Under the pieces are notes generated by a model, which did no database searches, had not been told where the DNA came from, and saw nothing but the letters and a program-made list of their open reading frames with translations. Below, one piece after another: positions 26,719-35,877 of a DNA stretch of 56,683 nucleotides; positions within the stretch are counted from its first letter, which is position 1; every line of letters begins with the position of its first letter. Both the position numbers and the translations under genes were made by a program. Origin of the DNA: a virus (taxonomy: Duplodnaviria; Caudoviricetes); the IMG/VR virus record IMGVR_UViG_3300042922_001010, positions 1 to 56,683 of that record; one strand, written 5' to 3'.

Positions 26719-27240
26719 TCAGAACGGGGTGTCGTCGCCGTATGAGCCGGGCGTCGACCACGCGTCGGTGTCGGTCGAGCCGGCGCTTCCGGGCTGTCGG
26801 GTGGCCCACTCGTCGGTCTGCGGCGGCTGGGAGTTGTTCCCGCTCCACGAGCCGGAGTTGCCGCCGCCGTTGCCGGATGCGGCGCGCGTGACCTGCGCTG
26901 TCGCGTAGCGCAGCGACGGGCCGATCTCGTCGACCTCGAGCTCGATGGACGTGCGGTTCTGGCCCTCGCGGTCCTGGTAGGAACGCTGCTTGAGGCGACC
27001 GGTCGCGATGACGCGGAAGCCCTTCGTCAGCGACCCGGAGACGTGTTCGGCGAACTCCCGCCAGACGGATGCGCGAAGGAACAGCGCGTCGCCGTCCTTC
27101 CACTCCCCCGATGCCCGGTCGAAGTTCCGCGGGGTCGACGCGATCGTGAAGTTCGCGACGGGGAGGCCGTTCTGCGTGTACCGCAGCTCGGGGTCGGCGG
27201 TCAGGTTGCCGACGACGGTGATGAGTGTCTCGCCGGCCAT
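26719..27240 (-). CDS. ssb: Single-stranded DNA-binding protein
   Basis: [22 protein letters not shown]; acidic DDTPF tail. Confidence 0.97.
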   Translation of the reverse strand: MAGETLITVVGNLTADPELRYTQNGLPVANFTIASTPRNFDRASGEWKDGDALFLRASVWREFAEHVSGSLTKGFRVIATGRLKQRSYQDREGQNRTSIELEVDEIGPSLRYATAQVTRAASGNGGGNSGSWSGNNSQPPQTDEWATRQPGSAGSTDTDAWSTPGSYGDDTPF

Positions 27241-27485
27241 CAGACATCTCCTCCGACGCGACGGGCGAGTTCGTCGATCTTGTCCGGCCGGAACCCGGCC
27301 CAGCCGTCGTTACCGACCATGACGACGGGCGCAGAAGCGAATCCGAGAGACTTCGCCGCTTCGAGGTTCGCCGGTTCGGTCAGGTCTTCGGTCTCGAACG
27401 GGATGCCCTTCTTCGTCAGAGCCTCCTTGGTGAGATCGCACTGCTTGCAGTTGGGTTTGGTGTAGACGGTGACGTTGGACGTCAT
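27240..27485 (-). CDS. nrdH: NrdH-like glutaredoxin
   Basis: [23 protein letters not shown]. Confidence 0.93.
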   Translation of the reverse strand: MTSNVTVYTKPNCKQCDLTKEALTKKGIPFETEDLTEPANLEAAKSLGFASAPVVMVGNDGWAGFRPDKIDELARRVGGDV

Positions 27486-27856
27486 GGGGCTTCCTTCCTG
27501 CCGCCGAGGATGACGGCGAGGTCTCCGAGGGTCATCACGACCCACTGGTCTGCGGGGTTCGTGGTGCCCCGTCGTTTCGCGACGACGACACCGACGGGTG
27601 CGTCGTCGTTGGCGGCCTCGAGGTGGGCTTCTGCGACCCACTCCGCGGCCTTGATCTGTCCGCCGTAGTCCTTGCACTCGATGACGACGCGTTCACCCAG
27701 CGCTGTGCGGACGCCGCCGATGTCGCCGCGGTCCTTGGCGCCGTTCCGAGCGCGCCGTTCGATGCGGTCGTCGGACAACGCCGCTGCGAGGTACTCCGCC
27801 GTGCGGGTCTCCATGGCGGTGCCCGCCGCCTTCGCGGACGAACGTGACCGGGTCAC
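27482..27856 (-). CDS. Holliday junction resolvase (PD-(D/E)XK)
   Basis: K..GTAME, DRGDIGGV, VIECKD. Confidence 0.85.
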   Translation of the reverse strand: MTRSRSSAKAAGTAMETRTAEYLAAALSDDRIERRARNGAKDRGDIGGVRTALGERVVIECKDYGGQIKAAEWVAEAHLEAANDDAPVGVVVAKRRGTTNPADQWVVMTLGDLAVILGGRKEAP

Positions 27857-28389
27857 GAGGTTTCTCCGCGAAGCCGAACGATGTGTCCGTCCAAGCCAGC
27901 GGACTCGAGTGCGGCGGCATCCCGCTCCCCGTAGGCGATGAGCACGCTCGGCGCGCCCGAATTGGCGTTCGCCTTCCTGCCGGTCGGATCCAGGAATGTG
28001 ACACGACCGCGGAGGAACAGGATGGCTGTCGCTTGCGGCCATACCCAGTCGTGAAACAGTGCCGTCTCGGTGCGGGCGAAGATGAGCGCGGTGCCCTGCC
28101 CATGGCGCGCGAGGGCACCCATCCAGTCGGACATCGTCCTGCCGTACGGAGGGTTCAGCCAGACCCGCCCCGTCCACGGAAGCGACAGTCCGTCGCCGAC
28201 TACTTCTGGCGTCCAGACTTCGGTAGCGGTGGGATGCCCGGGGGCGCCGCACGGATCGAGGTCGAAGGTTCCCAGCGCTTCGATTAGGGGTAGCGGCGTA
28301 AGCCACCTGTCGTTTCGCCCGGCGAATGGGTTCTCGTCGAAGATGTCCGCGCGAGCGGATGTCTTTCCGACGGCGAGTGCCCGGCTCAT
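27853..28389 (-). CDS. Phage DNA N6-adenine methyltransferase (Dam-like)
   Basis: WLTP, FDLDPC, DGL, VWLNPPY, ARTET, GRVTF. Confidence 0.9.
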   Translation of the reverse strand: MSRALAVGKTSARADIFDENPFAGRNDRWLTPLPLIEALGTFDLDPCGAPGHPTATEVWTPEVVGDGLSLPWTGRVWLNPPYGRTMSDWMGALARHGQGTALIFARTETALFHDWVWPQATAILFLRGRVTFLDPTGRKANANSGAPSVLIAYGERDAAALESAGLDGHIVRLRGETS

Positions 28390-29339
28390 GCCGCCCCTCT
28401 CAGTTCAGATTGGTCGTACACGGGCAGCTCGAGCTCGCCGCGGACGCGGTCGACCGTCTTCACGCTGCAGTCGATGTAGGCGCCGATCCGCCCTGCCGAC
28501 CATCTCCGCGCGTTGAGCTTCGTGATGACCTCGCGGCGTTCGACCGGCGACATCTCCGGCTTGTCTCCGTCGAGAGCCGCCAGGATGACCGCCTCGTCGT
28601 TACGCGTCAGGAACCCGCGTTCGGTGGCTCCGCGCTTCCACTCCGCGGGCTCCGCGCTCGGGTCGTCGATGACGTCGTCATCCCACGCGAGCGGCGGGGC
28701 GTACCCGTTCTTCGCGGCGATGTTCCGGATGCGCTGCACCTCCCACGTGTCGGGCAGCTTCGTCATCGACAGTTCGTCGTAGAGCGCGGCGACCGCGATG
28801 CGGGTCGGTTCGACCACGAACTCCTGTCGCATCACGCGTGATGCGAATGGGCGGGGCTTGTGGAGCCGTGCGGACAATTCGGTCGTCGAGTAGCCGAGCG
28901 CCATGAGCGCCTGCATTCGGCGGCGGGTGCCCGTGCCGTCGACTCGCTGGCCGGCGTCGATGCTGCGTGCCGGTTTGACGGCGAGCAGTGCGCGCTCCGT
29001 GGTCGCGAAGATCCACGGCACCTTGCCCTTGGTGATGTTCCGGACGGTGAGCTCCGACAGCCCGGCGCGCGCGGCGATGTCCCGCTGCGTCATCCGCGCC
29101 TCGAGCAGCGTGGCGATGTGGGCGGTCGCGGCGGCCGGGTCGACCTCGCGGCGACGGACGCCGTTCGCGAAGCTGGCGCGGCGGGTGCGTTCCCGCTTCG
29201 CGACGCCGTCGCGGCACGGCTGGCACCGGCACTTGTGCGTCTTGTAGCAGGCGCTCGTGGCCTTGTGCGCGTGGTCAGGCGGGCACGAAAAAGGCACCGT
29301 CTCCGGTGCCTTCGTGGTGGTGGTCTGGGCGGCGCTCAA
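28386..29339 (-). CDS. Multi-HTH DNA-binding protein with N-terminal Zn motif
   Basis: CY..HKCRCQPC, XRE-like HTH, GTRRRMQALMALGY, C-terminal HTH. Confidence 0.8.
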   Translation of the reverse strand: MSAAQTTTTKAPETVPFSCPPDHAHKATSACYKTHKCRCQPCRDGVAKRERTRRASFANGVRRREVDPAAATAHIATLLEARMTQRDIAARAGLSELTVRNITKGKVPWIFATTERALLAVKPARSIDAGQRVDGTGTRRRMQALMALGYSTTELSARLHKPRPFASRVMRQEFVVEPTRIAVAALYDELSMTKLPDTWEVQRIRNIAAKNGYAPPLAWDDDVIDDPSAEPAEWKRGATERGFLTRNDEAVILAALDGDKPEMSPVERREVITKLNARRWSAGRIGAYIDCSVKTVDRVRGELELPVYDQSELRGAA

Positions 29340-29476
29340 GCGGTCACCCTCGCTACCCGATATTTCTCGTAGCCGCACGCGCGGTTGAGGTACGCGACGT
29401 CCTCGAACGACCACGGCATCGCCGAGGTCTTCCAGGCGCCGTGCTTGCTGTGGCGGTACTGGATGGTCAGGGTCAC
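29336..29476 (-). CDS. Small hypothetical protein
   Basis: AAGGAGG RBS; GTGA overlap. Confidence 0.55.
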   Translation of the reverse strand: MTLTIQYRHSKHGAWKTSAMPWSFEDVAYLNRACGYEKYRVARVTA

Positions 29477-29997
29477 GAGTCCTCCTTGGGCCACATGCGG
29501 TACCCGGCCGCGATCTCGTCCGAGTAGTAGAACGACTCGTCCTCGAACATGAAGGCGCCGCTCTCGAGCACCCACGCGTCGTTCGTCTTCCCCGTCTTCG
29601 TGGTGATGTTCCACACCTCGCGGGGCTTGGCGTCCTCCCACGCCTGCGGGTCGGGATTCGCGTCCAGCCATGCGTGGCCGGCGCGAATGTAAGGCTCCTC
29701 ACCCAGCGGGCGGTCGAGCTTCTCCCATACGGTCCAGTGGCTGAGCGTGTCGGGCTCGAGTACGAGCACGGCGCGGCCGTCAGTGTCGTCGGCGGACGGA
29801 CGGCGGAAGAACAGCCAACCGGGGAAGTCCGGGTGGGCGCCGACGCCGAGGCGAGCTCGCTCCTCTGCTGCGAAGAACTCGCGGGCAGCGTCTTCGTTCC
29901 GATGTGCGTCGATGTAGTCGCCTTCGTTGAACGTCAGGTCGCCGTCCGCGTCGCGAGTGATGGTGACGCCGTTGGTGGCGGTGAAGGGAAGGTTCAT
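29473..29997 (-). CDS. Hypothetical protein
   Basis: AAGGAG RBS; ATGA overlap. Confidence 0.7.
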   Translation of the reverse strand: MNLPFTATNGVTITRDADGDLTFNEGDYIDAHRNEDAAREFFAAEERARLGVGAHPDFPGWLFFRRPSADDTDGRAVLVLEPDTLSHWTVWEKLDRPLGEEPYIRAGHAWLDANPDPQAWEDAKPREVWNITTKTGKTNDAWVLESGAFMFEDESFYYSDEIAAGYRMWPKEDS

Positions 29998-30827
29998 GCG
30001 TTCTCCTTTTCGGCCGCGATGGCGCGGCACTTGTCGCATGGCAGCGGCCACCCCGGGTGTTGGTCGCACTCGGGGTCGCGCTGCGCTCGTGGTGCCGGGC
30101 GAGACGCGGTGATGTGGTCGCGCGCCTCGCCCGGGTTCTTCGTGATGGATCCGAGGACGTACGCCTGGGGGCGTGTGACGTCGGATCCGCGCTCGAGGAT
30201 GGTCACTGCGAGCGCTGACGCCTCGGCGGGCGACGGCTGCACGCCTGCCTTCTCAGCGATGTGGCGGATGAGCCTGTCCGGGTCGATGCCGAGCCCCGAG
30301 ATGACAGCCCGAGAGATTTCCGTCTGTCCGTCGCCGCTCTCGCGGTTACCAGAGTGAGATGACTGACTGACTGTATTTAGTCCCTCTGAACTCTGGACTC
30401 TGACCTCTGGACTCTGACTCTGCTTTCGTTCGGGTTCGTCTGGGTTCCCGTCATAACCCGGCTGGGTTTCCTCGGGTTTCTTCCGAGGGCGCCCGCCCTT
30501 GCTCCCGTTCGCGCGACTGACGGCCGCCAGGCGCTCCCGGTCAGCCTTCGTCTGCTGGTGCTCCGCATAGTCCCGGATGACGTAGTCGTTGCCCTCGAGC
30601 AGCACAAGCGGGCGCACGGGATGACTGGACACCAACGCGTCGAGCAGCCGTTGCTCCCACATGAACTCGGCGTCGACCACGGGGATGCGGCCGTCGAGAT
30701 CGTTCATGCGGGAGAACCCGTTCATCTCGACGAACGTCCACTTCACGTCCGCCGGGAGCCGCGACACTTTCGGGTGCCAGGGGAAGTCGTTCGGGAACGT
30801 CATGTAGAGGCGGCTGTCACGTGGCAT
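29994..30827 (-). CDS. Replication initiator-like protein
   Basis: HPKV..L, DGRIP, IRDYAEHQQT, NGSKGGRP, low-complexity linker; typical of actinophage RepA-like initiators. Confidence 0.75.
   Translation of the reverse strand: MPRDSRLYMTFPNDFPWHPKVSRLPADVKWTFVEMNGFSRMNDLDGRIPVVDAEFMWEQRLLDALVSSHPVRPLVLLEGNDYVIRDYAEHQQTKADRERLAAVSRANGSKGGRPRKKPEETQPGYDGNPDEPERKQSQSPEVRVQSSEGLNTVSQSSHSGNRESGDGQTEISRAVISGLGIDPDRLIRHIAEKAGVQPSPAEASALAVTILERGSDVTRPQAYVLGSITKNPGEARDHITASRPAPRAQRDPECDQHPGWPLPCDKCRAIAAEKENA
30356..30480. repeat. Iteron-like repeats (CTCTGA/CTCTGG, GACT, GGGTT); candidate origin
   Basis: About six CTCTG units at 30384-30422 beside an AT-richer patch, inside the initiator gene. Confidence 0.55.
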
Positions 30828-30830
30828 TCA

Positions 30831-31322
30831 TCACGGCTCCCTTCCTTCCAGCAACGCCTCGAGTTCGGCGATGCGTGCTTCGGCCGCGGCGACCTTGTCG
30901 GCCGGGGTGAGTCCGTCGACACGCTGCATGGTGAACACGAACTGGGGCTCCGAGCCGCCGTCCACGGCGAGCTTCGTCTCGACGTAGTTGATGCCGCCCA
31001 CCGCGTCGAACCACTGCAGCGCGATCTCCGAGATGAGCAGCACCGTGTACTGGGTGTCCTCGACGGTGAGCTTCGCTTTCCCGTCGCGCAGTTCCAGATA
31101 CCGGAGCCGCAACTGATCGTTGGAGGCCGACGGCAGCGCGCCGCGTCCACGCTTCCGCGGCCCCCAGCCCTCGCGAGGCGCGAGGATGGTGAACTGGTCG
31201 CCGTTCGGCTGCATGAGCGTGTTCCCCGTGCCGTAGATTCGCTCCACGGCCTCCCGGATCGTGTCCATGGCGTCCAGGGGCAGCGGCAGTTTGAACGCGG
31301 CGACGCCGTCGGTCCGATTCAT
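30831..31322 (-). CDS. Hypothetical protein
   Basis: GINYVE...FTMQRVDGLTP motif; coupled. Confidence 0.7.
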   Translation of the reverse strand: MNRTDGVAAFKLPLPLDAMDTIREAVERIYGTGNTLMQPNGDQFTILAPREGWGPRKRGRGALPSASNDQLRLRYLELRDGKAKLTVEDTQYTVLLISEIALQWFDAVGGINYVETKLAVDGGSEPQFVFTMQRVDGLTPADKVAAAEARIAELEALLEGREP

Positions 31323-31594
31323 CGCATGGAGCCTTTCGCGGTCAGAGCGTCGAAGATGGGCGTTCCTTCTTCCGGCACCACCGATTTCGTCATCAGGACA
31401 CCCTCCGAGCCCGGTTCGTAGGACAGCGTGAGCGTCCGCGTCGGCGGCATGACGTAGTCGGAGAACCACGTCTGAATCGCTTCCTGAACCTCGTAATCGA
31501 CGTGATCGGGGATCTCGATCACGAGACGGCATAGGGCGCCGTCGCTGCCGCGGTAGTAACCCGTCAGCGGGGCAACCTGCACTCCGTCCTTCAC
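31319..31594 (-). CDS. Hypothetical protein
   Basis: GTGA overlap; TPIFDAL C-terminus. Confidence 0.55.
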   Translation of the reverse strand: MKDGVQVAPLTGYYRGSDGALCRLVIEIPDHVDYEVQEAIQTWFSDYVMPPTRTLTLSYEPGSEGVLMTKSVVPEEGTPIFDALTAKGSMR

Positions 31595-32916
31595 GCCGCG
31601 ATGCTCTCGGCGGACTCGAGGTCGACCTCGCCGGCGTCGAGCTGCGCGGTCTCGTAAAGGAAGTGGCTCGCGTTCTTGTGCTTGAACAGCAGCGGCACGC
31701 GGCCGCCGCGGTCGACGCGGATCGCGATGCCCTCGTCGGCGCCCGTGCCGTCCTTGCTCAGCGGCAGCGGGACGTCGACATAGGCGCGGATCCCGAGTTC
31801 GGCTCCTGCCATGAACGACCGCGCGAAGTCCACCTCGTCGAACGCCGGGAGGTAGAAGTCGTGCTTGGGGCCTCGCCAGAGCTCGGCGACGTGCTGGAAT
31901 CCGTGCTCGTTCGCGAACGTCCGCACCTGATCCCACGACAGGTCGTAGAGGTCGCCGGTCTCGGTGATGAACGAGACCCGGTAGAGGAACAGCGCTCGCT
32001 CGCCTCGCGGCAGGTGGTACGTGTGGCCGGGCTGGATCTGCGCGCCGTCCTTCGTCCAGCCGACGACCTCGCCGTAGACGATCACGTTCGCGGGGATGCG
32101 GTCCTGCACCTCGCGGCCGATCTCGGACCACAGGTCGGTGCCGTAGTAGTGCGCCTGGTCCGGGTTGTTGACGTCCTTGATGACCTGACGGGAGCCGAAC
32201 ACGACGTCGAGCTCGTGCTCGGCCACCTTCACGCCGAGGCGCCGCGCGAGGCGCTCGAGCCACGTCAGCTTCCGGCGGACTGGGACGCGGCCGGCGCGGA
32301 ACGACGTGCCGTGGAGCTTCTGCGTGACGATGAGGGTGTCGTTCTCGGCGATGAGGTGCTCGTTGCGGAGGTACTGGTCCGTCTCGATGTGCACGGGGAA
32401 CATGGCCGCGTCCACGCGCTTGAACGCCTTCTTGACGTTCGCCTTCTCGCGCGACGTCGTCGCGACCGGCTCCTTGACCCGGTACTTCCGGGACACCTCG
32501 TCGCCGTTGATGTGGTCGAACGCGAGACCCTCGGTGAATACCGAGTCCGGCACGCCGAACGCGTCCGCGACGACCGCCACGGGCAGCACGAGACCGTTCG
32601 AGATGGTGCCGCGCAGCTTGAGCGCGCGCACCCGGCGGTTGTCCTCGAGGTAGCCCTTCTGGGTGCTGTCGCGGTTCAGGAACTCGTGGCGGTAGAGGTT
32701 CGCGTGCCGGGCGAGGTCGTCGCTGATCTGCGACTCCGCCGGGAAGAACACGGCGAGGTCGTCCTCGCGGATGTCGCCGTCCTTCTGGGTGATGACGGTG
32801 TAGCCGAAGATGCCGAGACCGACCAGGCGGTCAGCGTTCGGCAGCGCGTACGGTGCGGGCACGCGCACCACCTGGGCGGCGTAGTTGGGGGTGTCGATGA
32901 TCTCGAACTTGGTCAT
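31591..32916 (-). CDS. RNA ligase (DRB0094/Rnl5-like, N-terminal OB domain)
   Basis: LPNADRL, LRGTISNGLVLP, motif I TQKLHGTS, YGEVVG, EGIAIR, FKHK. Confidence 0.88.
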   Translation of the reverse strand: MTKFEIIDTPNYAAQVVRVPAPYALPNADRLVGLGIFGYTVITQKDGDIREDDLAVFFPAESQISDDLARHANLYRHEFLNRDSTQKGYLEDNRRVRALKLRGTISNGLVLPVAVVADAFGVPDSVFTEGLAFDHINGDEVSRKYRVKEPVATTSREKANVKKAFKRVDAAMFPVHIETDQYLRNEHLIAENDTLIVTQKLHGTSFRAGRVPVRRKLTWLERLARRLGVKVAEHELDVVFGSRQVIKDVNNPDQAHYYGTDLWSEIGREVQDRIPANVIVYGEVVGWTKDGAQIQPGHTYHLPRGERALFLYRVSFITETGDLYDLSWDQVRTFANEHGFQHVAELWRGPKHDFYLPAFDEVDFARSFMAGAELGIRAYVDVPLPLSKDGTGADEGIAIRVDRGGRVPLLFKHKNASHFLYETAQLDAGEVDLESAESIAA

Positions 32917-32928
32917 GGTTTCCTTTCC

Positions 32929-33819
32929 TCAGAACTCGTTGGCCGGGTCGCCGACCTGGAACGTCTTGACGCCCTTCATGCGCCATGCGCGGCACACGGA
33001 CGGGCGATCGTCGATCACACCGAGGACGTTGAAGCGGTCCCGGATGTGACGGTCGAACAGTTCGGGCTTGATGACGTCGTCGCGGCGTCCGTCGCCGTCG
33101 GCGCGCATGTGCAGCGCGTCGTAGGAGACGAAGTTCGCGTCGAGCCACTTGACGGTCTCGGCGCGCGCGGTCTCGTCACGCCCGGACAGGAGCACGATGT
33201 GGTGCGACTGGTGCAGCGCGTTCACGACGTCGCGGACCGCGACATCGACGTCGTCCTCCCCCACCCGCGTCATGTCGTAGTACGACCGGCCACCGTTGTT
33301 GTGCGCGAGCGTCCCGTCGATATCGACGATGAACGCACTGTCGAGCTGCCAGTCCTGCTCGTACTTCCACGGCTCGGACGGCGTCGCAGCGGGCAGTGCC
33401 GGGATGTCGCCGTTCACGGTGAAGCGGCGGAACATGCGGCGGATGGCTTCCGCGGGGATCGGGTGCTCCCGACGCGCGTTCCGCTCGAGCGCCTCCCGGA
33501 TCGTGACCGGGAAGTCGACGGTCTCGACGGGGAACCCGAGGTGCAGCCACGCCCGCACGAACCGCGGGTTGAGGTTCGTCGCGTCGATCACCACGTCCTT
33601 GCCAGCGGCGAGGGAGGTGATGGCGATGGATTTCTCGATGGCGCTCACATGCTGTTCCTGCGCGGGCGACAGCAGCTTGTCGGGGGTGGCGTAGAGCATC
33701 CCGCGGAGGTCGTCACGGCTGATGCGGACGCGGCTCTCGGGGGCCTCCTGGACCCACTTCTTCGCGTAGGTGCTCTTGCCGGAGCCGGGGATGCCCCGGG
33801 TGAGGTAGAGGGTGGTCAT
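32929..33819 (-). CDS. Polynucleotide 5'-kinase/3'-phosphatase (T4 PseT-like)
   Basis: GIPGSGKST, SRDDLR, DATN, HAD motif DIDGTL, SGR, DDR. Confidence 0.93.
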   Translation of the reverse strand: MTTLYLTRGIPGSGKSTYAKKWVQEAPESRVRISRDDLRGMLYATPDKLLSPAQEQHVSAIEKSIAITSLAAGKDVVIDATNLNPRFVRAWLHLGFPVETVDFPVTIREALERNARREHPIPAEAIRRMFRRFTVNGDIPALPAATPSEPWKYEQDWQLDSAFIVDIDGTLAHNNGGRSYYDMTRVGEDDVDVAVRDVVNALHQSHHIVLLSGRDETARAETVKWLDANFVSYDALHMRADGDGRRDDVIKPELFDRHIRDRFNVLGVIDDRPSVCRAWRMKGVKTFQVGDPANEF

Positions 33820-33826
33820 GGCGCTC

Positions 33827-34033
33827 CTATCGGTACGCGCCGGACCTCGCCTCGGCGCGATGGATTCTGTGCGGCTCGGTCGTCTTCGAGCAGCACCGGT
33901 CCGTGTCGAGCGCGAGGGCTCGTTGGCCGCAGACGACGCATTGTGGGTAGTCGCGGTGAAGCTGGTCGATGCGAGCGAGTGCCGCCACCTTCGCGGCGAT
34001 GGCGGCGGCACTCGGGACGTAGGCGTCAGCCAC
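33827..34033 (-). CDS. Small Cys-containing protein
   Basis: CVVC...CC...H; in operon. Confidence 0.55.
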   Translation of the reverse strand: MADAYVPSAAAIAAKVAALARIDQLHRDYPQCVVCGQRALALDTDRCCSKTTEPHRIHRAEARSGAYR

Positions 34034-34042
34034 GCGGCCGCA

Positions 34043-34423
34043 TCACGCCGCGGCGTCGCCGTCGCCGTCGGTAAGACGCTTCCCGATGTCGTCGACCGCG
34101 TCCTCGTTCGTGACGGCCTCTTTGACCGCAATCCGCCTGCACGCCGCGCAGTGCGTGGAGTCGATCTCCGCCGGCACCGCCTCGGGGAAGAAGAAGTGGT
34201 GCAGGTAGCTTGCGCGCGTCTGCACAGCATTCAGCCGGTCGGCCTCCGCGGCGACTTCCTCCCACGTGCCGTACATCGGAGTGAATCCAGGCGGCACCTC
34301 GGGAAGCCCGGCGTCGGCGTCACGGTCGCGGGTGTAGACGCCCGTGACCTTGTTGTAGCTGTACGCCTCGGTGCGGTGCCGGAGCTCGAACTTGAGGGGG
34401 GTGATGGGCTCTGCGACGGTCAT
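34043..34423 (-). CDS. Hypothetical protein
   Basis: AAGGAG RBS; ATGA overlap. Confidence 0.65.
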   Translation of the reverse strand: MTVAEPITPLKFELRHRTEAYSYNKVTGVYTRDRDADAGLPEVPPGFTPMYGTWEEVAAEADRLNAVQTRASYLHHFFFPEAVPAEIDSTHCAACRRIAVKEAVTNEDAVDDIGKRLTDGDGDAAA

Positions 34424-35064
34424 GCTGCGATCTCCTTCGGTGCCGCGGCGGCCGCCGCGCGCTCGTTGTACTTCTCGACGGTCCAGACGATGGCGAGCAG
34501 CGCGAGGATGAAGTGCCAGTCGTACGTCTTACTGCTCCACTCCCACGTGTCGGAGAACCGGTGGGTGAATCCGTCGTCCCCGGTGAACTCGAACTCGTCG
34601 AGCACTCGGCGGTAGTCAGACTCGGTCTCGAAGTAGACGCTGCGCCAGGCATCCTCGAGGCCGCTCGTGGCGGCCGCTACCTGCGCTTGGTCGAGATCCC
34701 ACTCGCTGAGCGTTTCGCGCCCGTGCTCGAGCAACACGTCAGCGTCGAACACCTTCGCCGCGTCGCGAAGCTGCGACGGCATCTTCTCCCACCAGTAGTC
34801 CGCGTCAATGCGGTAGGGCTCGGGGCTCGGGTGGAAGAACGAGAGCATGTCGTCGGTGCGGGAGAACGTCCATCCGTTCCCGACGTCGCCCACGATGGTC
34901 AGGTAGCCGGGCCAGGTGATGATGTCCCAGGACCACATGCGCGTCCCGGGCGCCTGCGCGCGGAGGTGGCGGTAGAGGCCGTCCTCGCGGATGACCGTGA
35001 GTTCGTGCTTCGTGGTCTCACCGTCGAACTGGCGGCGCTGTTCGGTCCAGGGGAACTTCGGCAT
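34420..35064 (-). CDS. Conserved phage hypothetical protein
   Basis: H...IREDGLYRHLR, DIITWPGYL...GD.G, YWWEK. Confidence 0.75.
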   Translation of the reverse strand: MPKFPWTEQRRQFDGETTKHELTVIREDGLYRHLRAQAPGTRMWSWDIITWPGYLTIVGDVGNGWTFSRTDDMLSFFHPSPEPYRIDADYWWEKMPSQLRDAAKVFDADVLLEHGRETLSEWDLDQAQVAAATSGLEDAWRSVYFETESDYRRVLDEFEFTGDDGFTHRFSDTWEWSSKTYDWHFILALLAIVWTVEKYNERAAAAAAPKEIAA

Positions 35065-35075
35065 GGTGTCGTCTT

Positions 35076-35462
35076 TCAGTCGTCGGGCGGCGGCTCGTGC
35101 GAGTACGTGCCCTTGTTCGTGAGGTAGATGGGGCCGTGCTGGAAGTGCACGACGGGTATGTCGGCCGGTAGGCGGATGCCATGGCGGACGATGATGCCGT
35201 CGCGCTCGGCGTCCTTCCGGTGCGTCTCGGCCTCTCCGTGACAGCCGGTGACGCCGGATCCGCAGAGCAGGATGATGTTGGCGGCGAGGTTGATCCACCA
35301 CGCCTTCGATCCGCCGCTCCCGCGCGGCGTCCGGTGATGGGCTGACCACCCCATGCCGCGGTTCTCGAACACGAGACGGCGGCCGCACTTGAAGCAGCGG
35401 CCGCCGTCTCGGTCCCAGACCGCGAACAGGGTGTCGCGGGAGATGCCTGTCGCCCTACCCAC
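35076..35462 (-). CDS. HNH endonuclease
   Basis: RDGGRCFKC, HHRTPRG.GG, NIILLCG....GCH. Confidence 0.88.
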   Translation of the reverse strand: MGRATGISRDTLFAVWDRDGGRCFKCGRRLVFENRGMGWSAHHRTPRGSGGSKAWWINLAANIILLCGSGVTGCHGEAETHRKDAERDGIIVRHGIRLPADIPVVHFQHGPIYLTNKGTYSHEPPPDD

Positions 35463-35877
35463 TCGCCTCGGCGCGCTGGTGACGCGAGTCGATGCCGATG
35501 AACCGCAGCGCGCGGCCGAGGGCGACCGACTCGGCGGTCTCCATGGCGCGCGACGCGTACGGCTCCTCGCCGACGCCCTGCGTGCGCTCGGCGTGTGCGA
35601 CCGCGTCGGGTCGACCGGTGACGTCGCTGCGGTCGAGCCACACCCGCGCGACGAACGCGTAGCTGCGGACGCCCAAGCCGTCCTGCCACCACTCGTAGGT
35701 CGTCTCGTACGCCGCCTGGGGGTAGGCGGCGTAGAGGCTCGTCACCTTGTCGTCGACAGTGCCGACGTCGTCCGGATCCACCTCGCTCGTGCTCCGCGCG
35801 GCGCGCTTGCGAGGTGCCAGGCGACTCGCGCTCATGTCGGTCGGAATCTCGATCTCGTCGAGTGCCTCCGCGGTCAC
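35455..35877 (-). CDS. ssDNA-annealing protein (Rad52/Sak3-like)
   Basis: ETAESVALGRAL motif; directly after the exonuclease. Confidence 0.6.
   Translation of the reverse strand: MTAEALDEIEIPTDMSASRLAPRKRAARSTSEVDPDDVGTVDDKVTSLYAAYPQAAYETTYEWWQDGLGVRSYAFVARVWLDRSDVTGRPDAVAHAERTQGVGEEPYASRAMETAESVALGRALRFIGIDSRHQRAEASG

Noticed and set aside
31663-34074. 803-aa plus-strand ORF (likewise 3041-4849, 8307-9992, 20346-21986, 54882-56519)
   Set aside because: Antisense shadows of motif-bearing minus-strand genes, expected in high-GC DNA
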